Below, piece after piece: positions 9,022-19,104 of a stretch of 64,000 bases of DNA. Position numbers and translations under genes: made by a program. Position 1 is the stretch's first letter, and every line of letters starts with the position of its first letter. The notes beneath the pieces were generated by a model that did not search any database, was not told the origin of the DNA, and saw only the letters and a list, made by a program, of their open reading frames with translations. Source of the stretch: an uncultured archaeon (GTDB taxonomy: Archaea; Micrarchaeota; Micrarchaeia; Micrarchaeales; CABMGC01); NCBI GenBank assembly GCA_963752955.1, contig CAVWAD010000005.1:778-64777 (forward strand), written 5' to 3'.

Positions 9022-9964
9022 AGGCCATCCACGACCACTTCCCCCACCTCCTGGTGCCCTCCCTCTTTATCCTCGCGATCGCGTCCCTGCCTTCCCCGGG
9101 CTCCCTGCCGAAGAAGAGCTTGCCGAAGACGTCGGCGGACCAGACGTCGATGGGGAACCCGCCGTGCGGGTTTATGATGTCCGCCGAGTAGTCGCCTATG
9201 CCCGGGAGCTCCAGCAGCCTCTCCTTCGCCTCCTCCGGGCCGAGCCCCTCCAGCTCCTCGAGCGTCGGGAACCCCTCCCTGCCCAGCTTCCTCGCGAGCT
9301 GGACCACGCGCTTCGCCCCGTACCCGAGCCTGCACCTCCCTGCGACTTCCGCCGGGGAGAGCCTTGCTATCCTTTCCGGCAGCGGCCAGACGGGTATCCT
9401 CCTCCCGTCGAACTCCGCCGTCTCGCCGTACCTGCTTATGAAGCACGACATCATCTCGTTGCTGCGCTTGAGCGGCGCCATCTGCAGTAGTATGGACAGC
9501 ACCGCATCGGGGAATACATCCACCGAGGAGGTGTTGTGCATGCCGTAGAGGTCCCTGACCGCATGCCTCAGGATGCGGTCCTTGGCGGCCATGCGGTAGA
9601 ACTCCCCGAGGTCCTCGTCCGCGCCGATGTTGTGGGCCAGCGACCTCCTCATCTCCCCGAACGAGACCCGCTCGGGCTTCTCCTTCAGGAATATCCTCAC
9701 CGCTATTCTCGGATGTTTAACTGTGCCCTTTGAAGATAGCCTGATCCCGGCCAGGACGCCTCCCAGGTGCGTGGCGGTCCACATTGTGCCCTTCTCGTAG
9801 ACCTCGAAGGGCGTGAAGAGCGGCCAGCCCGCCGGCTTGTGGATCGTAAGCTCGAAGTCGTACGGGGGCAAGGGACGCATCTCGTACGCGAAAGAGCTGG
9901 AGAGCTTCATAATGTCTCTTATACAAGACATCAATATACAAATATTGTCTTTCTGACAAGACAT
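8966..9964 (-). CDS. HhH-GPD superfamily DNA glycosylase (AlkA/3-methyladenine glycosylase II-like)
   Basis: LLELPGIGDYSADII...D hairpin-helix-hairpin/GPD motif. The likely real start is M19 (9910). Its 3' end overlaps the convergent ATPase gene by ~55 nt. Confidence 0.7.
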   Translation of the reverse strand: MSCQKDNICILMSCIRDIMKLSSSFAYEMRPLPPYDFELTIHKPAGWPLFTPFEVYEKGTMWTATHLGGVLAGIRLSSKGTVKHPRIAVRIFLKEKPERVSFGEMRRSLAHNIGADEDLGEFYRMAAKDRILRHAVRDLYGMHNTSSVDVFPDAVLSILLQMAPLKRSNEMMSCFISRYGETAEFDGRRIPVWPLPERIARLSPAEVAGRCRLGYGAKRVVQLARKLGREGFPTLEELEGLGPEEAKERLLELPGIGDYSADIINPHGGFPIDVWSADVFGKLFFGREPGEGRDAIARIKREGTRRWGKWSWMAFRDRCRSCGASPGKRTPE

Positions 9965-10056
9965 TGATGAGGACGCTATTGCCTGACCAGCCTCCCTTCA
10001 GCATCTTCCCCAGCTTAGGCCCGTCCCATCAGTCGCAATCGGCCTTATCCCCGGAC

Positions 10057-10635
10057 TTAGTGCGCCCGCGGAATGGCGGCCAGCGGTCCCTTGCCGGCGT
10101 CCCTGCGTGCCGATACGGCCTCGGGAAGGACGCCGCGCGCCGACGCGGGCTCCTCGGTGTAGAACACCCACGCGGGCTCCAGGAGCCTGGCGGGAAAGAG
10201 GGTTATCGATCCGGAGCACCTGTAGAAGGTCAGGACCTTGCCCTCCCTGCCGTCCGCTATTGCCTCGTCGCTGGCCTGGACCATCCTCTCGGGGTACTTC
10301 TCACGGAGCGCGTCCCACTTGCCCTTCGCGCCCACCCTCACGAGCCTGCGCCCTCTTATCATCATGTACTCTGAGAGTTCGAGCCTCTCATGTGTGATAT
10401 TGAAGAAGTGGCACCATCCTTCGGGGAAGTTGCCCCGCGTGCCCAGGTACTCGAGTGTCTCCCCGTTCTCCCCCTTCAGTTGCCTGGGCTCGCCCAGCCT
10501 CCCGCGCGCCCAGTTCTCTGACGCGAACCAGCTGTCGATCTTGTCCAGCGGGCAGGGGCCCGCGGAGATCCGGAGATGTTCCGTCCCGTGCATCCTGGTG
10601 TTATTGGCCAACGACACTTCACCACCACGATTCAC
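10057..10635 (-). CDS. hypothetical protein
   Basis: 192-aa ORF with non-repetitive composition. The competing ORFs are Arg/Pro-rich shadow frames. No family recognised. Confidence 0.4.
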   Translation of the reverse strand: MNRGGEVSLANNTRMHGTEHLRISAGPCPLDKIDSWFASENWARGRLGEPRQLKGENGETLEYLGTRGNFPEGWCHFFNITHERLELSEYMMIRGRRLVRVGAKGKWDALREKYPERMVQASDEAIADGREGKVLTFYRCSGSITLFPARLLEPAWVFYTEEPASARGVLPEAVSARRDAGKGPLAAIPRAH

Positions 10636-10671
10636 ATGGCATGGGCCTCTTAATATGTTTTGCCTTTGTTT

Positions 10672-11670
10672 GATAAAGTCAATATTTCGTCATCTCTATC
10701 TTTCGTGCTAGATGGATAAGGTCTAAGAGCTTGTTCTTACCAAGAGACAAATTTAGTTCTGCCGCTTCGGCAGGGGTCCTACCACCAAGACTATTGTGCG
10801 GTGTGACATAGTTGTATATGAATTTGCAAAGGGTCAATGTTGTAGATGCGCCTTGGTGCGTCTGGAATACGTTAAGGGCTTCGACTCTTCTGCCAATCTC
10901 TCTATTATGCCGTTCCACTGGATTGTTATTGTGTTCCCGTCCATATTTCTTGCACGCAATCGGAACGCCAAATTTAAGTTCCGTAACCCCATAGAACAGT
11001 TTCTTCCACACAATTTTATAGATGGCAAATTTATCCGAGACGAATGTTATCAGGTGCCTTTTCCCAAAAGGTTTCGTTCGCTCTTTTCGATAGCGTTCCA
11101 ATATCTGGGCATAGCACCAAACCTTTATGACTCTTAGAAAGGCAAGGCAGGCAGCGATTGTCCTATCAACGACAACATCATCCGCAAGGACAAACTTGGT
11201 CTTGTTATCGAGGGCAGTCAACCTAAATTCCCAATGGCCCTTCACTCTTACATATTTTTCGTCGTAATGGATGCGGCCCTTAATCTTTGGAACACCAAAT
11301 CTCGTCTCGGTTTTTTTAAAAGATAGGCATACTTTACCACCCAGTTTCGGATTGTCCACCTTGAAACCTCAACATCGTCATGCTGCGATAGATGTTTTTG
11401 GATCTTTTTCAAGGACGCTCCATCTGCGTATTCGTCTAAGGCACGGACAATATCTTTAGGGTTGAAATGCATCCATTTGAATCCGTCATCAATTACAAAC
11501 CAGGTGTTGCAGTTGTGGCAGAAGAATTTCTGCTTCGCGCCTGAAGTATTGTAGCGCATACCTTTCTTCGCAATATCCTTAGAGCCGCAGTGGTCGCAAA
11601 TAGTCACCCAATCATCCTATGATGATATGGAAACAATAGTATTTATAGATGACGTTTTCTTGACTTTATC
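10672..11670 (-). mobile_element. 999-bp IS (IS6/IS240-like DDE motifs, IS1-like organisation), copy a
   Basis: IR GATAAAGTCAATATTTCGTCATC vs rc GATAAAGTCAAGAAAACGTCATC. 9-bp TSD CCTTTGTTT (10663-10671 and 11671-11679). Confidence 0.9.
10679..11607 (-). CDS. transposase in two overlapping frames (119-aa ZF/HTH ORF and 226-aa DDE ORF) joined by a predicted -1 frameshift at A7 (11311-11317)
   Basis: ORF A has CDHC...CHNC. ORF B has HYDEKYVRVKG, FVSDKFAIY and NNNPVERHNREIGRR. The slippery A AAA AAA C is in the zero frame of ORF A. The predicted fusion is ~309 aa. Confidence 0.8.
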
Positions 11671-11684
11671 CCTTTGTTTTCGGC

Positions 11685-12254
11685 CTATCCTCCCTTCAGC
11701 AGCCTCCTGAGCTTCGGCTCGTTCCTGGCCATGGCCGCCCTGAAGTCCAGGCCGTACCTCCTGTATATGGTGTGTATCGGCTCGTTGCCCACGAACCTGC
11801 CCTTTATATTCATCAGCCTGTAGACCTCCTTGACCCGCCTCATGGTCGGCGCCTCTATCTCCACGAACGCGGGTATCCCGGGCCACTTGTCTATGGTCAC
11901 GTACGCGTCGCCGAGCCGCCACGCGTCCCTGTCGTTCTCCCAGTATATGGGCTTCGAGTCCGAGAGCTTGCACATTATCCTGACCGCGTCCCCGAAGTCG
12001 CCCGCCGTCACCTCGTACTCCTTCATCGAGGTATAGCCGCCCCTTCCCTGCGTCTCCTTCAGCGTTATGGTGGTCTCCTTCCCGTCGGTGCGGACCCTCA
12101 TCCACGAGTGTTTTCCGTGGATGTTCCCCCTGATCAGGAACTCCATCCTCCTGAACCTGTGGACCCCCTCGTGCCTCGCCTTCAGCTCCCTCAGCCTGCG
12201 GACGACCTCCTTCCTGTCCACGTCGAGTATCTCGATCTCGCTCTCCTTCCCCAT
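11685..12254 (-). CDS. CYTH-domain protein (class IV adenylyl cyclase / triphosphate tunnel metalloenzyme family)
   Basis: EIEILDVD...MRVRTDGKETTITLKE...EYEV...TIDKWPGIPAFVEIE pattern. Confidence 0.75.
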   Translation of the reverse strand: MGKESEIEILDVDRKEVVRRLRELKARHEGVHRFRRMEFLIRGNIHGKHSWMRVRTDGKETTITLKETQGRGGYTSMKEYEVTAGDFGDAVRIMCKLSDSKPIYWENDRDAWRLGDAYVTIDKWPGIPAFVEIEAPTMRRVKEVYRLMNIKGRFVGNEPIHTIYRRYGLDFRAAMARNEPKLRRLLKGG

Positions 12255-12378
12255 GCGGTCACGCTATCTGAAAGGATTTGGAATTTAAGAAGGTATTGCC
12301 CGCCTCCGGTGGGGATGTTAAATGAGAGCGTACGCTATGCGATTGAACCCTGCGGCCCAGACGCGTGCAAATCCGGCT

Positions 12379-13581
12379 CTAGTCCCTCTTTCCCCCTTCT
12401 TTTAACAGCTCGATCCGGCTTTCCGCAAGCGCCAGGTTTACCAGCTCCTCGAGCCTTCTCTTCTGCCGGTCTTCCGCGGCCCGTATCGCATTCTGCTGTG
12501 CCTCGGCCGCTTCTTCCGCGGTCCCCTCATTCTCGAATACCTCCGCCGACTCAGAACGCCCCGACGCATACACGGCATCGTACGCCGAATCTCCTGCCGC
12601 TCTTGCCGAAATTATTATCGGATCCGTGATACTAATCCCCGACGGAGTTTCCGACTGATCATAGTCGCAGGACTCCCTTGCCCCTACCGCATTAGTCAGA
12701 TAGTACGCCGAGACCGCCACCGCCGACGCAGCGCGCATGCGCTCTTCTCCCGCATACGAGTCCGGCCAGCGCATGCGCTTTTCCGCCTTAAGCGCCTCGG
12801 ACCATACCGGTATGTTCAAGTCCAGTACGGCCGTCCTGCTATTGTCCGTGGGATTCGCGAGATGCGCCCTAACCGTCTCGGCCACCTGGCGTGACACGTC
12901 CCCATCAGCATATTGCAGGACTTCGGCCAGGCATTCCAGGGCGAAGGGGACAAACACAACATCACGCAACCGCTTGGGCTCTATCCCGATGAGGCCCTTC
13001 TGCGATGCCTCTGCAACTGAGATGAGCGCCTTCTGGAGGGAGACGTTCCCGCTGATCCCGAACTTTCCGGCGTCGTCCAGCGCCCAGGGGACAGTCGCTT
13101 CAGTAGCCACAGATAGAATCTCCTCCGGCGCAGGATCCGCCTTCAGGTCGCTGCCCCGTCCTCCAACTTCGGGCTCCGCACCCCTGGCCAGCATGGCTTT
13201 CGCAAATCCCAGGAAGTTCTCCGGCGCGGCCCCTAACTCTTTTGCCTGCCCAAGCAGGTGTTCGTGGCAAGAGTCAAGCGATCTCTTTTTCGCTGCGGTT
13301 TCGGCAATCGCATCGAAAAACTTCATTTTTACCGGGCAATTATACTCCTCGGCCAGGCTGGCCTCACGCTCCGCCATTTCTCCTACGATGGCGCACCTCG
13401 TATCGTAGGGGATGGTCCTTGCGAGGTTAGCGACAAAATCCCTGTTCTTTCCAAAAATGAATCCATCCGGGTCGGCGCGAGCGATTCTGCGCCAGATCTC
13501 CAAATTGTTTCTAGCTAGCGTTTCTCCGTTTGGCAGTTGTAAGTCCCCATTGAGTCTCCTTCCTATAACGCAAGTTGCCAT
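12379..13581 (-). CDS. hypothetical protein (400 aa)
   Basis: Long ORF with balanced composition. The opposite-strand ORFs are low-complexity. No domain recognised. Confidence 0.5.
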   Translation of the reverse strand: MATCVIGRRLNGDLQLPNGETLARNNLEIWRRIARADPDGFIFGKNRDFVANLARTIPYDTRCAIVGEMAEREASLAEEYNCPVKMKFFDAIAETAAKKRSLDSCHEHLLGQAKELGAAPENFLGFAKAMLARGAEPEVGGRGSDLKADPAPEEILSVATEATVPWALDDAGKFGISGNVSLQKALISVAEASQKGLIGIEPKRLRDVVFVPFALECLAEVLQYADGDVSRQVAETVRAHLANPTDNSRTAVLDLNIPVWSEALKAEKRMRWPDSYAGEERMRAASAVAVSAYYLTNAVGARESCDYDQSETPSGISITDPIIISARAAGDSAYDAVYASGRSESAEVFENEGTAEEAAEAQQNAIRAAEDRQKRRLEELVNLALAESRIELLKEGGKRD

Positions 13582-13726
13582 TCAATCACGCATACCTTGG
13601 CTTCCGGAGTATAAATAAATTGGGTTGGGATCCGCACGCAGGATTTGCGGATTTCTCGGCCAGATAAAAAGATTATAAGATTGCTCATCGCAGGATTAAG
13701 CGCACACCGCGCTCTTGGTAATCAAA

Positions 13727-14944
13727 ATGCTATTTGGAGGAAAGGCGAAGGCCGAGAACGTCGAACCGGGTGAGCTGCGCGCCCTCCTGGACTCGTCGTT
13801 CGACGCGAAGCTCGGCCAGTTCTGGAAGAGGGTGGAGAACGAGACCGAGGAGCTGCGCAGGGCCAGGCAGCAGTTCATCGACGCCTGCGACAGGTTCGAG
13901 AGGATCGACCCGGAGCCCTACACCGAGGACCTCTACTCCGTCAACGTGAACTTCATAAGGGGCCAGAAAAACCTCTACGCCGAGGCGCTGAAGCGCCTCG
14001 CGAAGGACCTGGTCCCCGAGTCCGTGAGGGCAGCGAACGCCTACGAGGAGTGCGAGGCCGTCGCCTCGCACGTCGAGAGGGTCTCGGCCGAGCTGCTCAA
14101 GACGAACGCGACCTTCAGGCTCGTGGTGCACTGCTACCCCAACCACCTCGGCGACTTCAAGAGGTCATTCTCCTCCGTGGAGAGGCTCACCAGGCAGCTC
14201 AGGGCCGAGCTCGAGAGGAAGTCGAGGGAGTTCGCCGAGTACAGGGCCGTCAGGGAGGGCATATCCAGGTTCGAGAGCTACGGGATGGAGCTGGAGCAGA
14301 TGATGCAGATGATAAATGAACTGAGGCGGGGCCTCGCGCCCGGGGGCGGGGACGCGTCGGACATCGGCCAGCGCGACCTTGCGGAGAAGCTGTCCGCGAA
14401 GAGGGCGGAGCTGGCCCGCGCGACCTCGGAGAGCTCGGACCTGCGCAACAGGATAGACCTCCTCGCGGCGCCGCTGGAAAGGCCTGCAAGGAAGTTCGAT
14501 CACCTCTCGGCAAGGAAGAGGCAGCTCCACGCGTTCATCGAGGACCCGATGGGCACGCTCAGCGGCGAGGCCGAGTACGCCGAATTCAAAACGCTCGTTC
14601 AGCAACTGGTGGAGGCCGTGAACTCCGGAGCGATCGACATCAAGAACAGGGAGGACACCCTCAGGGCCGCGTCGACGCTCCTTAGCTCGGACATCCGCTC
14701 CCTTATAGCCTCGTTCAGGTCCGTGCGGCAGAGGCGGTCCGACCTGGAGGGCGAGGTCAGGAGCCTTGAGAGGACGCTGAACTCCCTGAAGGAGGGGAAG
14801 ACCGCCTCGGAGAGCGCCGCGCACCGCGTGGAGACCCTGGAGAAGCGGATCGCCGAGACCGCGAAGGCTAGGGAGGCGGAGAGGGCCGCGGTCGAGAAGC
14901 TCTTCCTGGACGATTACCGCAGAGTCGTATCGATCACCAAGTGA
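13727..14944 (+). CDS. hypothetical coiled-coil protein
   Basis: The ORF opens at TTG 13715 and the first ATG is at 13727. It is rich in E/R/L heptad-like segments. Its stop overlaps the shikimate kinase start (GTGATGG). Confidence 0.55.
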   Translation: MLFGGKAKAENVEPGELRALLDSSFDAKLGQFWKRVENETEELRRARQQFIDACDRFERIDPEPYTEDLYSVNVNFIRGQKNLYAEALKRLAKDLVPESVRAANAYEECEAVASHVERVSAELLKTNATFRLVVHCYPNHLGDFKRSFSSVERLTRQLRAELERKSREFAEYRAVREGISRFESYGMELEQMMQMINELRRGLAPGGGDASDIGQRDLAEKLSAKRAELARATSESSDLRNRIDLLAAPLERPARKFDHLSARKRQLHAFIEDPMGTLSGEAEYAEFKTLVQQLVEAVNSGAIDIKNREDTLRAASTLLSSDIRSLIASFRSVRQRRSDLEGEVRSLERTLNSLKEGKTASESAAHRVETLEKRIAETAKAREAERAAVEKLFLDDYRRVVSITK

Positions 14945-15474
14945 TGGCCATGGCAGCAAAGGGCATAGTCCTGATCGGGATGGCCGGCGTCGGCAAGAGC
15001 ACGATAGGCGTGGCGCTCTCCAAGAGGCTCGGATACGGGTTCGTCGACCTCGACAGCTACATACTGGAGAAGGAGGGCAAGTGCACCAACGACATCCTTG
15101 AGGAGAGCGGCGAGCGCGCCCTGATGGAGATCGAGAAGGCGCGGATGAGCGAGATAGGCCTCGAGCGCACCGTGGTCGCGCCGGGAGGAAGCATAATCTA
15201 CCATGCCGGCCTCATGAGGCAACTGAGGCGTAACTCCATCATAGTCTACCTTGACGATTCATTCGCGAACATCAGGGGCAGGCTGAAGGACGCGGAGACG
15301 CGGGGGATAATCGGCCTGAAGGGCAGGTCGCTGAGGGAGGTGTACGACGAGAGGGAACCGCTGTACGCGAAGTACGCCGAAGTCAGGATAGACTGCGGGG
15401 GCAAGACGAACGATGAGATAGTCGCGGAGATAATCAGGAAGACCGGCCTAAGGAAAGGAATCCGCAGCCGCTGA
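14941..15474 (+). CDS. aroK: shikimate kinase (AroK/AroL type P-loop)
   Basis: IVLIGMAGVGKSTIGVALSKRLGYGFVDLD and GGSIIYH resemble bacterial-type shikimate kinase. Confidence 0.7.
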   Translation: MMAMAAKGIVLIGMAGVGKSTIGVALSKRLGYGFVDLDSYILEKEGKCTNDILEESGERALMEIEKARMSEIGLERTVVAPGGSIIYHAGLMRQLRRNSIIVYLDDSFANIRGRLKDAETRGIIGLKGRSLREVYDEREPLYAKYAEVRIDCGGKTNDEIVAEIIRKTGLRKGIRSR

Positions 15475-15485
15475 ATCCGTTTCGG

Positions 15486-16871
15486 CTACTTCGGAATTAT
15501 CCCGTACCCTTCCGGCGTGTCCTCGATCACGAATCCCCTTTCGTTTATCTTCTTCCTGAGCTCGTCGGACAGTTTCCAGTCCTTGCGCTTCCTGGCGGCT
15601 TCCCTGCGCTCCGCAAGGTCGCGCACCTCCTGCGGGATGCGCTTCTCCTCCAGGGAATCGAGCCCAAGACCCAGCACCCTGTCGTATTTCAGAGCGGACG
15701 CATACTTCTCCGCGGGCGGGACCTTCGGGTCCTTCAGGAGTTCGTGCAGGACGCGCATCGCCTCGTGAGTGTTCAGGTCGTCGTTCACGCTCTCCAGGAA
15801 CCTCCGGTCGTACTGCTTCGTGCCCCTGCCCGTGGCCTTTGCCCCGCCGGCTGCCTTTCTCAGCTCCTTCACTTCCTTCCTGAGCCTGGCGAAGTCCTCC
15901 TTCGCCGCCGCGAGTCGGTCCCACGTGAAGAGCAGGTTCTTCCTGTAGCTGGTGCCGAGGCAGAAGTACCTGTAGTCGAGCGGATCGAAGCCCTTCTCCA
16001 CCAGCCTGTTGAGCGTGAGGAACTCCCCCTTCGACTTGGACATCTTCTCGTTCTCGGTTATGAGGAACTGGCTGTGCAGCCAGTAGTTCACGAACTTCGT
16101 GTCGGTGGCCGCCTCGCTCTGCGCGATCTCGTTCGTGTGGTGTATCGGGATGTGGTCTATGCCGCCGCAGTGGATGTCGAAGTGCCTGCCGAGGTACTTC
16201 ATGCTCATCGCGCTGCACTCTATGTGCCAGCCCGGGAAGCCGGTGCCCCACGGGCTCTTCCACTCCATCTGCCTCTTGCTGCCCTTCGGGCTGAACTTCC
16301 AGAGGGCGAAGTCCGTGCCGTGTTTCTTCTCCCTGAGGCTCACCCTCTTCCCCGCCTCAAGGCCCTCCTTCTTCATACGCGCCAGCTTCCCGTAGTTCTC
16401 GAACTTCGTGCTGTCGAAGTATATGCCGTCGGAGGTCCTGTAGGTGTACCCCTTCTTCTCCAGCGTCCTGATCAGGTCTATCTGCTCCTGGATGTGGTCC
16501 GTCGCCCTGCAGACCACGCTCGGCCTCAGTATGTTGAGCCCTTTGCAGTCGTCGAAGAACGCCTTGGTGTACTTCTCCGCTATCTCCCACGCGTTCTTCC
16601 CCTCGCGCTGCGCCCCCTTCTCCATCTTGTCGACGCCCTCGTCGGCGTCGGAGACCAGGTGCCCCACGTCGGTGAGGTTCATCACGTGCTTCACCTCGAA
16701 GCCGTCGTATTCCAGGGCCCGCTTCAGCACGTCCTCGAAGATGTATGTCCTGAGGTTGCCTATGTGCGCGTAGTCGTAGACCGTCGGGCCGCAGGTGTAG
16801 AGGCCCACCTTCCCTGGATGTATCGGGGTGAACTTCACCTTGCGCCGCGAGAGCGTGTTGTAGAAACGCAT
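15486..16871 (-). CDS. cysS: cysteine--tRNA ligase
   Basis: YDYAHIGN (HIGH), KMSKSKG, class I CysRS layout. The ORF opens at 16907 but MRFYNTL (16871) is the likely start. Confidence 0.95.
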   Translation of the reverse strand: MRFYNTLSRRKVKFTPIHPGKVGLYTCGPTVYDYAHIGNLRTYIFEDVLKRALEYDGFEVKHVMNLTDVGHLVSDADEGVDKMEKGAQREGKNAWEIAEKYTKAFFDDCKGLNILRPSVVCRATDHIQEQIDLIRTLEKKGYTYRTSDGIYFDSTKFENYGKLARMKKEGLEAGKRVSLREKKHGTDFALWKFSPKGSKRQMEWKSPWGTGFPGWHIECSAMSMKYLGRHFDIHCGGIDHIPIHHTNEIAQSEAATDTKFVNYWLHSQFLITENEKMSKSKGEFLTLNRLVEKGFDPLDYRYFCLGTSYRKNLLFTWDRLAAAKEDFARLRKEVKELRKAAGGAKATGRGTKQYDRRFLESVNDDLNTHEAMRVLHELLKDPKVPPAEKYASALKYDRVLGLGLDSLEEKRIPQEVRDLAERREAARKRKDWKLSDELRKKINERGFVIEDTPEGYGIIPK

Positions 16872-16957
16872 GCTTGCCCCTCTTCTAAAATACTGTCTGC
16901 TCTTCAAGTATATTAAAACTTACTACGGGACCAGGGAAAATAGGACTATGGAATTGT

Positions 16958-17488
16958 TTATCTGACGCTATAAAATTTCCCTGTTCTGAAATTTTTATAA
17001 ACATTATTCCAAGAAAAAACCCTGCCGTTCATGATTACGTACACCCCCTTGGGCAATAATTGAACTGCCATCATGGCCGCCCCCAGATTGAATGGTGCGT
17101 CGGAACTTTTCTTGTTCCCCGGAACGATTGCGCCGACCAACACGATTGTCTTGTCAGAGCCCTTACTTCCGAGATATTTTGCCGTTTGCGCCATGGTGAT
17201 AGATTCATGAGTAATTACTATCCAATTCTCGTCTGCACCAATGCAGTTTTGATAGATCGTTTCTCTATCTTCATTTGTAATGAACCTACTATCTTTCTGC
17301 ATCAGAACCTTAACCTTGTATTTTACCGTTGCTCGGCCTTGATTCAATATATTGGGAATAACTTGCTTCAGCATTTCAGGAATAAGGCTTTTGTGCCGTC
17401 TTGGTCGATCTCCCTCAGAACTATAGTCTAGATTATCGATCGTTCCGCCAGTGACTAAGATTCTAATTGTATGATTCATAAAATACAA
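16958..17488 (-). CDS. short L-asparaginase N-domain-like protein (176 aa)
   Basis: ILVTGGTIDN (TGGTI motif) and VLVGAIVPGNKKSSDAPFNL. The HGTDT motif is replaced by THESIT. AT-rich gene. Confidence 0.6.
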   Translation of the reverse strand: MYFMNHTIRILVTGGTIDNLDYSSEGDRPRRHKSLIPEMLKQVIPNILNQGRATVKYKVKVLMQKDSRFITNEDRETIYQNCIGADENWIVITHESITMAQTAKYLGSKGSDKTIVLVGAIVPGNKKSSDAPFNLGAAMMAVQLLPKGVYVIMNGRVFSWNNVYKNFRTGKFYSVR

Positions 17489-17516
17489 GGATAAGACTAC
17501 AAGAAGGCTAATAAAA

Positions 17517-18077
17517 CTACGGATTTGACATGAGCTGCAAAGTCAGCCCGTAGTGCTTCGCGATGGCCTCGGCAGCCTCCCTGGGCGCCATCCTCGTGTT
17601 GTTCACGCGGAGGCTTCCCTCGATGAAGGGCTCCTTGGACGTGTCGTACGTCTTCAGGAACTCCTTCAGCTCTTCCTGGTCGGTGAACTTCCAGTGGTCC
17701 CTCCTGGATTTTCCTCCCACGCGCTTCAGCAGCTCTTCCTTCTCGCAGTAGAGGTAGACAGGACACACTCTGCCTCCGTGGTTCCTTACCGCGTCCATCA
17801 TCCTTTGGGTAGCCTCCATCTTGTGCCCCTCCACGTACGCGCTGGTGAATATCACGCTCACGCCTGCCTTGGCGGCCTCTTCGAGCATCTCCAGCCTGTA
17901 CTTCACCACCAGCTCGCTGAACTTCTCGGTGCCGTAGTCGAAGATGGTCCTGACGAAGTCAAGGGAGGCGTGGTTTGGGAAGACCCTGTAGCCGGTGATT
18001 CTCGCGAGCTCACGCGACACCGTGAGCTTGCCGGAAGCCGGCGGGCCGTAGATGAGGACCAGGTCCATGGATTGCAT
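17517..18077 (-). CDS. P-loop kinase/ATPase (AAA_33-like)
   Basis: LIYGPPASGKLTVSREL Walker A; small nucleotide-kinase-sized protein. Confidence 0.55.
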   Translation of the reverse strand: MQSMDLVLIYGPPASGKLTVSRELARITGYRVFPNHASLDFVRTIFDYGTEKFSELVVKYRLEMLEEAAKAGVSVIFTSAYVEGHKMEATQRMMDAVRNHGGRVCPVYLYCEKEELLKRVGGKSRRDHWKFTDQEELKEFLKTYDTSKEPFIEGSLRVNNTRMAPREAAEAIAKHYGLTLQLMSNP

Positions 18078-18179
18078 ACGCAGCCCAGCTATTTATTGGT
18101 ATCCGGCGGCCGCGGCGATCCAGGATGTCGCTGGGGCACACGTATTTATTAATTCTAAGTTCAGCTGTTAGATAAAGAA

Positions 18180-18749
18180 ATGGAACTGAGGTTGAAAAGA
18201 GGAATGCTCATGGAAAAAGACGTGATACACTTCATCTTTACAGGAGGGACCATAGACTCCTATTACAAAGGCAGCCTTGATACTGTAGTCCCCAACAAGC
18301 ACTCCCTAATTCCCAATTACTTTGAAGAACTGAAACTCTATACGAAATTGAAATTTACCGAGATCTGCATGAAAGACAGCAGACAACTGACTCAACAGGA
18401 TCTCAGGAGAATCTGCAATGAAGTCGAGAAAAGCCCCTGTACGAGAATAATAATAACGCAAGGAACTTACACCATGCCAGATACCGCGAGATACCTGAAG
18501 AACAATCTTACAAGGACAGACCAAAAGATCATCCTGACCGGTTCCATGATACCCCTAAACGGTTTCAATCTTACCGATGCCCCCTTTAACCTGGGATACG
18601 CGGTTGCAAAGTCGCAGGATATAGGTGCCGGAATATTTGTCTGCATGAATGGAAGACTATTCACTCCAGAAGAGATTGCAAAGGATCTTTCTCAAGGAAG
18701 ATTTTATTCCATTTTTAGAGGAAAATCAGTTTCAAAGAGAATAAGATAG
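18180..18749 (+). CDS. short L-asparaginase N-domain-like protein (paralog of 16958-17488)
   Basis: FIFTGGTIDS, IIITQGTYTM and ILTGSMIPLNGFNLTDAPFNLGYA. Alternative ATGs are at 18204 and 18210. Confidence 0.6.
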   Translation: MELRLKRGMLMEKDVIHFIFTGGTIDSYYKGSLDTVVPNKHSLIPNYFEELKLYTKLKFTEICMKDSRQLTQQDLRRICNEVEKSPCTRIIITQGTYTMPDTARYLKNNLTRTDQKIILTGSMIPLNGFNLTDAPFNLGYAVAKSQDIGAGIFVCMNGRLFTPEEIAKDLSQGRFYSIFRGKSVSKRIR

Positions 18750-18834
18750 ACAGACGACAATCTAATTGAAGGCTTCATTAACAATACCCGAAGTCCCGCT
18801 AGCAGCTTTAAATAAATGTGCCTCGGAATAGGAT

Positions 18835-19104
18835 TTGGTGCATCGGATGGCTCTCGTCTTCGACCCTGTAACGGTAATGAACCTTATCTTCGACCTGGTA
18901 ATACTATGCCTCGGCGTCTTCGCCTACGTTAAGATGAAGGGCGTGGCGGGGTTGGTCGTCGGCGTAGGCTTCGGCTTCTTCGCGGTCTCCTATATAATCA
19001 CCATCCTAGGATTCGGGAGCCTGACAACGGTGCTTGTGCCCCTTAGGGTGATCGGCTACCTTTCCGTCATCGCCGGCCTGTACCTGTATTTGAAGAAACG
19101 CTAG
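18835..19104 (+). CDS. small membrane protein (about 3 TM segments)
   Basis: Hydrophobic 89-aa ORF. A TTTAAATAAA TATA-like box lies ~25 nt upstream. Confidence 0.5.
   Translation: MVHRMALVFDPVTVMNLIFDLVILCLGVFAYVKMKGVAGLVVGVGFGFFAVSYIITILGFGSLTTVLVPLRVIGYLSVIAGLYLYLKKR

Noticed and set aside
15486-15488. Possible UAG recoding (pyrrolysine), given the tentative Methanomassiliicoccales-like affiliation.
   Set aside because: TAG is used as an ordinary stop at the natural C-termini of well-conserved genes here (cysS, the CYTH gene, the methyltransferase). I saw no in-frame TAG in a recognisable gene.
15744-16916. Long ORFs on the opposite strand or in alternative frames of GC-rich genes. Examples: 15744-16916 opposite cysS, 37553-38662 opposite the integrase, 41042-42808, 39209-40147, 11772-12629, 17553-18152, 46515-47283, 47767-48450, 49083-49843, 8877-9490 and 14165-14959.
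   Set aside because: Their translations are Arg/Pro/Gly/His-rich low-complexity strings typical of shadow frames in GC-rich DNA. Each overlaps a gene with clear family motifs.
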